Positions 56,872 through 64,000 of a DNA stretch of 64,000 nt are shown piece by piece. The position numbers and the translations under genes were made by a program. Source of the DNA: Chrysomallon squamiferum (taxonomy: Eukaryota > Animalia > Mollusca); assembly GCA_012295275.1 (NCBI GenBank), contig CM022671.1, forward strand, positions 13,516,001-13,580,000. The letters are read 5' to 3'. Position 1 is the first letter of the stretch. Each line of letters begins with the position of its first letter. The notes under the pieces were generated by a model, which was not told the origin of the DNA, did not search any database, and saw only the letters and a list, made by a program, of their open reading frames with translations.

Positions 56872-58490
56872 GAAGTGTGAGCGCGCAGACAATTCATTAA
56901 CAACTGCCTAGATTTTACTTGTTCTTTTTATGACATTACTGTATAAAATGCATCTAACACATTTCACTCTGTTTTATTCTTTTTGTATGGCACTGAAATA
57001 TTAATTTGATTAATAGGTTAATACCAGTTAGTTTATCGAGTTGTCTGTTGCTGTCAGTTTGGCGAAAAATTTATCAATAATCGAAAGCAATAGTATCTCT
57101 AGAATTAATGGTGTAATGATAAAAATAATGAGTGTTGTCACAAAATGCAAACTCTGTTTCAGTTCACAAATAAGGCTGGTTTGTACTAATTATAAACTGT
57201 TTCAGATTTTAATAACTGAGGACCGTATGTGTGACAGAAGAATTTAATAAATTGATCGTTTTGGTAACTTTTTTTTTTTTTTTTTATTATTATTTTCATT
57301 ATCTCTCGTTACTGACATCATCATCATCGTCATGAATATAAGTATGATTATTTATTATTATTATTGTTGATGTTTTGTTGTTGTTTCTATTATTATTATA
57401 ACTAAAACATTGACTCTTCTTGAAACCTTTCATGTCTTAAATATATACTCTTTTCCTAGAAGCCATTTCCAGTTACCGACAATATATAATTATTAATATC
57501 ATATTTTACATTATCGTCGTCTCAAAAATATCGTAAGTCATGCAGCCTTGCAGTTATAATGCCTGTGATACATTAATTATCAGATAACAGGTATTTTATA
57601 TATATGAACGGTCTAATAAAAGATATTTTTTTCGTTAATTATCAGGTATTTTGCACATTAATTATCAGGTAATTTGTACATTACTAATCACGTAAGAAGT
57701 ATTTAATATACTGTTTATATTACATGAATTGTAATGATTTATCCAATGAATGAATCTTGTATGTCCTATCAGTACATGTCTGAATTTATTATGCATACTT
57801 CAAAGTTCTATTGGATTCCGTTTTTGTCTTCCAATTTTGATTAATAACGAAATATAACGATAAAAAATACTTGCTCCACCATTTTTCTGTGGTCATGACG
57901 TCACTTCTCACAGGGTGGACCTGTTTGTTTATGTTTATTCTGACGTTAGTTACGCGTTCGATTTATATGCTATGGCGTTACGATTCCACTTCTAAAATTG
58001 TAAAATGGCAGCGTTCAAATTCTTGTAATTTTTATTTTATTCTCTTCATTATTTATTATTAATTATTATAGGTTACTGAAATAAAATAATAACTTGTTAC
58101 CAAACAGAGTTTTTCTTTGTCAGTTCATTCATATTAAAGGAACACTTTAATAAATATAAGTAAAGTTTAAATTAAACCATAGTGTGCAAATAAATACCAC
58201 AATTTAAAGATTAACGTAAACAGTTCATTACCTAATCGATTACTTCAGTTGGACTGAACTTATATTATTAAGCTAAAATAGAATAAATAAAAGGTGCCAA
58301 ATGCTGTTTTATCGTGATCTGTTTCTAAAACGTTTTATGAAAAAAAAAGCTCGTGTACGTAAATAAAGTTTCTGTCATGGTGCAGTCAGCAGCTGCAGGT
58401 GGATTTAAATTTAAAAACGAACTCAAAAAATATTGCAAAAAAAGCCTCAACATAACAACAAACAGTGACAAAACACCCAGCAGACAAACT

Positions 58491-58593
58491 AACATACATA
58501 CACAGACACACATACACACACACACACATACGTACAATACGTACATACATACATACATACATACATACATACATACATACATACATACATACA
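58491..58593. repeat. (CA)n/(ACAT)n microsatellite
   Basis: Direct reading. Confidence 0.94.
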
Positions 58594-59877
58594 TTAAAAT
58601 CAGACAGAGAGAAAGAGATACAGATATTACAAAACAATATCACAATATTTATATTTACACATATGCGGCTTTATAAACAAGTTATATCATACAATTATTG
58701 TTTGATCAGTCGTCCATATTACTAAATAAACTGTTTATTTCTTTTGTTTTCTAAACCCTCAATTTATCATGTTTTACAGGCTTTTCTTTTCTATTTTGAG
58801 TCCAGGATTTGTGATATCAATCAGCCGTTTAAAACCCAAGGTTCTTAATGAAAATCATATTAATCTATTATGCAAACAAAGGTGTAATAAAAACAATCTA
58901 TAACTGTCATCAGATGACTGAGATATAAATCTATTCATCGCAGAAATTTACCATTAATATTGCCAATAGACCAGAACATGGCCATGTGTCTTACTGTTTA
59001 CCCTGCCAGCACAATAGTTTCATTTTCAGACTTTTGATTTTTGTTTTTACTGTGAACTATTACAAGAATAAATACATGGATGAATGGATGAACTAATGTT
59101 TGATGGTTAATGGATCTATAAAGTACAATCAATTTATTTTATTTTCTGTTAAACTCTGCGGATTACCCTTACGAATTAACAGAAAAGTTGTCATGTGTAT
59201 TTTCACGGATATGAAGACGACAAATCATCGAGAAGGTTGATCTTTCTATCCATTATATATACTCAAACGTTCTGCTACATTTAATTAAACATTATATAAC
59301 TAGATCAGGGATCCTAAAAGGAAGGGAGATGTATGAGAACTGCCAGAAAAACATTAGTGAATAATTTCCTCTGAAGATTAAATGTAGGAAATAATAATTG
59401 CTTGACAAACATTATACAATAAAATAAAAGTACTCGTCGTGGTGGTATTGTTAAATAAACTTTAACCATTTATTTAAAGAATGTAAAATGTTATGAATGT
59501 AAATGGTTCAGTTCATTTTAAATAAGAGTTGGTATTTAATTTTACGACATTCAGTATTAGATAAATTCTGTATAAATAAGTAAGGACAAATTCGTTTTAA
59601 AAACATTACATATCGGAATTAATTATGACTACAAGCAGGTCAATAGCACGAGAAGAAAAAAAAAGTAACTCAGCTGGAGATTACAGTTAATAGTACGCAT
59701 GGTTTTCATGTTGCTGTATATAATTTTGGATCGTTATCGCTTCAGATACGTATGTAATGTAATTAAGAAAGTTACTATTAACACTTCGCTGCTAACTATT
59801 ATTGGTATTTTCGGGGATCAGTGAACACGTTTTATGTAATTTAAGAATATGTTACAATGTTCTTATATTTAAAAAAT

Positions 59878-59881
<4 letters not shown>

Positions 59882-59923
<42 letters not shown>
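59882..59923. repeat. (AC)n microsatellite
   Basis: Direct reading. Confidence 0.96.
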
Positions 59924-59925
<2 letters not shown>

Positions 59926-62331
59926 TTATATACTAAGCATACTGGTAACAACAAAGGATGCATTATCTAGTAACGAACGTACTGACGATTCTCAGCAAGG
60001 AATGCTTTATACAGAATCGAGCGGATTGATAACAAACAGATGACATGCAGATAACGGACATCATGTTTTATATAGAAACGAGCGTACTTTTGACAGAGAA
60101 CAAGGACTACTTTAAGCAGACATATGCTTACTGGTGACGACAAGGAATGTTTTACAGTAATCATTCTGATGACAGCACAATGAGCCAGAAATAAAATACT
60201 GATTATTATAATAACTTTGGTTCTGAACCTAATTCTAAATAAGGCGATCATAACGGCATCTGTAGGTTTTGTGTTAAACCGATAACATTAACAAAGGTCA
60301 AAAAGTACCGAATTAGACGTCGAGGCAAAGTGACATTTACTGCAACATGTGCAGATTTTACAGTTACTTAATATATGTTAGTCTGTTTTTCAGTAGCATA
60401 GTGTACAAATTATATTTTACAGCTGAGTTTCAATAAGGCAATTGGAAACAAACGACTTTTCATTGCAACAAACATTTTCCGTTTATTACCACTGATTTAT
60501 TGTATAATGTATAATGTATAAATTATATTATGCTGTATGAAAAAAAAAAGTTTAGAAAAATTTCAGTTGCAGAATAATTATTTCCTAAAAAGATATAGAA
60601 AATGTCTATGAGAAACTTAATACGTTTTACTATACGCCAAATGGGATTACTAAAGTCCATGTCATTTTTAATACTATGAATGGGAAGATTACGTAAAAGA
60701 GTTCTTGCTGCTAATGGAAAATAGAAAGTTTGAAATTCAGCAGAAAATACGTTAAAATGTTTTTAGAGATGCTATTACAAATAATTAATAAAAATTTTGT
60801 TATCATGGTCATCTCCATTATCTTCCACATAATACTCAACATCATCATCATCATCATTATCACTGGTGTTATTATTCTTATTACTGTTATTATTATTACG
60901 AAATGAATCACGTGCACTCACTACTGTAAGTAGTAAATTTAAGATATTTAAAAATAAAACATAAAACATTTATTATTAATTTGTATTTTTTTAGAAAAGT
61001 TGGTATTGCTGATTTTCCTGCTTTTTTGTGTGTTTCTTATTTTCTTTCTTTCTTTTTCTTTTTCTGTTTTTCCTTTCTTTTTTTTTATCCTCTTTTCTTT
61101 CTTTTTTTTTTATTTGTGTTTTACAAAACAGCTTTTTTATACTTATTTTCTTCAAGAAAAGTCATGAACAAATATTTGTTTGATTAAAAGTAATAAAAGC
61201 ATTCAGCGAATCTTGATTAAGTAGAAATCGTATGAGCAGAGTGTAATATCCTTTGACAAATAGTTTTCGTTTTTTTAATATTTTCCCTCTTTTTTTTCCC
61301 CTTATTTTTCTTGAATGATAATTATCCATATAACCAGTCGACATACTTTTAACTAAGAATACTGTTAATGCTAAGTGAATGGTTCTTTAAATAGGAAATT
61401 TGCTAAATGTGTTTTTGTTTGGTTTCTATCGAATCAGTCAGGAATATAAATCTGTCAGTATACCGATTTGATAACACTCTGTGTTTGGATAACGGTTTTG
61501 TTTAATGATAACGATGTTAATGATGATTAACTTTTAAAAACTAAATTAATTTAAAATTCTTAAAATTTTATCAAAATTATGTTTTGGTAATGATTATGAT
61601 GATCAAGAAAACAAGTAGAAAATTAAATTTTAGCAAAATACAGATGAATAAATTAAATTCAGAAAGTTTGAAAATAGATATACCAGACAGTATTCAAGTT
61701 TACAAAGATGAAATTTATCTTTCCAAGTGCGTGTATATGTTAATAATAAATAAATAAATAAATAAATATATATATATATAATACAATAAATAATAATAAA
61801 ATGAAACAAACATAAATGAGTATTAATATTTAATTTTTAAAAATTGTTTATAATCGTAAAAAAGATATATATATATATATATATATAAAAATAGAAATAA
61901 AACAAAAATAAAAATAATGAAAAACAGAAAAGAAATGTATAAGTTTAAGTTTATGCTCTTAAAATTATGTCTGGTCCACGTTTTTGACATTTTAAAAATG
62001 GTGACTAACCTTTGAATGGCAAAATCTGTGGTTTCTAAGTTAATACCTATCTTTTTCAATTATTATATATTAAATATGATACTGATTCTTCAAGCAGATT
62101 ATGTATTTTTATTCATATTCATTTTGAATTGTTCAAAGTTCCTACTGTAGACAAGTTAACAATGCACATTTTTAAAACGGTTCACTGGCTACATATTTCA
62201 TCACGCATTCCCTTAATAATGTGCATTTACACATTTTTATGTGCGCATTATATCTGAGTTCACTGTGTACATTCTAGAGTGCCAGTTACGTCTATATTAT
62301 TGTTAACAATTATAAATGTTCGTTTGATGTG

Positions 62332-63870
62332 TTACTGTTTGCACATTTTGTATTGTTCATTGTTTTCGATTTCTACACGTTCTCTAGGAGTTAATTCACC
62401 ATTTGTAGATTTAATATATTCAGTGGTAGCTCGATCACCGTTCACATACTCACTCATTATCCTGACACTGTGCTCACTTTTAATATGCTCACTACGTCTT
62501 CGTTCACTTTCTGTTTCAAAGTTTTCGTTAGTTAGCCGTTCAGTGCGCTTTGTTTTAACGTGTTCATTTGTCCGATCAGCATTGTAATTGTTGAAAGGGT
62601 CGCGACACGTTGGTTCGTTGATCATAATTTTTCCATGCTCAGAGTTATTAGCTGTTCTAGGAAGTGGGTTAGATGAACAAGCATTGTAGCTTGTTCTTTC
62701 CAAGAACTGAATGAAATCTTCGCCATCGCGAGGGCCTTCACTTGGTCCAAGACGTGAATCGGCTCTGTAGAAACAGCAGAATGTCGAATGATAACATGAC
62801 GTTAACTCCTGTCGTATTGCCCGATTCATCCAGCCGTATAATAATGGATTCACAGCGAAGGATGTATATCCAAGCCATAAGACAAGAAGTTCGGTTGTCT
62901 CCCTTTGAGCAACATTCCTGTAGATTGCACCATGAGCGTTTAAGATAAAATAAGGTCCCCATAAAATTACAAAAGATGAGAAAATTGTTATTAATGTTTT
63001 GATCGCTTTGAAATGACCTTTGTTGGGACGTGGTGTATGTTGAAACATGTGTGCCGACATGGAGCGTTCGGCGACATGAACAACATGGTCATCAACCGAA
63101 AAACAGGCACTACATATTTTTATACATGTACCTGGCAGACGGTTGAACTTTTTGGTGTTTTCTCTCAGCCTTTCTGGTTGGGTTTCTGTCAGAACGATAG
63201 AAACAGCAGGAGTGGACGGATAAGGACGAATTTGTCTAGCAGCGTCCCGTGCGACTCGGAATATCCCACAATGCACCATTAACAAGATGATGCTGGGAAC
63301 CACAAAACACCAGACACTAATAAACAAAACATAAGCACGGTCTGTCCTTGAACCCTCCCATGTGAAAGAACAGTATTTCTTGTATATCTGGTAGGTGTAA
63401 GAATTCACTCCTAGAAGAGGCAAAGTGGCCAGGACGAAACTCTGTATCCATATAAATGAAATAGCTCCGACAGTCTTGTGTAACGTCATGTGTGCAGCGT
63501 GGTGCATCGGCAATTTTATGGAGTAATATCGCTCTATGCTAATTAAACAGAGGTTGCATATGGAAGCATACATCGAGAAAGAACTTATAAAGGCACTGAC
63601 AACACACCACATCGAGTCGAATGACCATGATTTGTAAACGAAGGAGGAGATACTCACAGGCAGAGTGGTCACAGACGCTAGGAAATCCACAACACTCAGA
63701 TTAAGTACAAAGAAGTTCGTCAGCGTATGCCGCAGCTGAAAACATCTCAGAACAACAATGATGATGCTGACATTGCCGACAATGGCAGTGCAGTTGACTA
63801 GACACATGAACAGTAATATCACATATTTGCTGACTTCGCTGTCTGGAACAGGTTCAGAAGTGTCGTTCAT
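62332..63870 (-). CDS. GPR61: Class A orphan GPCR, GPR61/GPR62-like, intronless CDS (512 aa)
   Basis: Seven hydrophobic helices with GN (TM1), LSVVD (TM2), ERYY (TM3), W (TM4), WGPYF (TM6) and NPLLY (TM7). The segments FRVARDAARQ, WLGY..FAVNPLLYGWMNRAIRQEL and C-terminal EDFIQFLE resemble GPR61 (FRVARVAAMQ, NPFFYGCLNRQIRGEL, ENFLQFLQ, from memory). Orthology not tested. Confidence 0.88.
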   Translation of the reverse strand: MNDTSEPVPDSEVSKYVILLFMCLVNCTAIVGNVSIIIVVLRCFQLRHTLTNFFVLNLSVVDFLASVTTLPVSISSFVYKSWSFDSMWCVVSAFISSFSMYASICNLCLISIERYYSIKLPMHHAAHMTLHKTVGAISFIWIQSFVLATLPLLGVNSYTYQIYKKYCSFTWEGSRTDRAYVLFISVWCFVVPSIILLMVHCGIFRVARDAARQIRPYPSTPAVSIVLTETQPERLRENTKKFNRLPGTCIKICSACFSVDDHVVHVAERSMSAHMFQHTPRPNKGHFKAIKTLITIFSSFVILWGPYFILNAHGAIYRNVAQRETTELLVLWLGYTSFAVNPLLYGWMNRAIRQELTSCYHSTFCCFYRADSRLGPSEGPRDGEDFIQFLERTSYNACSSNPLPRTANNSEHGKIMINEPTCRDPFNNYNADRTNEHVKTKRTERLTNENFETESERRRSEHIKSEHSVRIMSEYVNGDRATTEYIKSTNGELTPRERVEIENNEQYKMCKQ

Positions 63871-64000
63871 TCTAGAGCATTTTAACCAGTGCTGCGGTTT
63901 TGTTTGTTTTTTGAGATTTTTATTTGTTCGTTTATTTTTGTTTTTGTTTTTAATTCTTACTTTTTAACTTATTTTTTTTCCCTAAATAATAATAAAGAAG

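Noticed and set aside
62279-63967. Plus-strand ORFs overlapping the GPCR, and ORFs overlapping 28482..29987
   Set aside because: Antisense or alternative-frame shadows with no domain signal.

Overview
AT-rich, microsatellite-dense animal genomic DNA with spliceosomal introns. It is invertebrate and probably lophotrochozoan/mollusc-like (inferred, not proven). From left to right: a decayed GTPBP6 (HflX-family) pseudogene ending at a ~33-bp minisatellite; an intact 19-exon MTMR14 phosphoinositide phosphatase; a RhoA/Rho1 GTPase with only two coding exons, followed by a copy of its putative 5'-UTR exon and a frameshifted 'ghost' Rho-family exon; two tandem minus-strand single-pass membrane proteins with no family I recognise, whose long tails share tyrosine motifs (YDHL, YNxL, Y[SA]E[VI], YF[VI][LV]E); an ankyrin/SOCS-box (ASB17/STOPS-like) gene; a gene-poor stretch rich in CRE palindromes; and an intronless GPR61/62-like orphan GPCR. 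Two Tigger/pogo derivatives, a hAT-like MITE, a Tc1 remnant and two inverted-repeat elements are interspersed. The best candidate for a novel system is the receptor plus transmembrane-adaptor pair at 28.5-45.3 kb. All exon models were built by hand from splice signals and reading-frame phase. Homology calls are from memory of the protein families, not from database searches.
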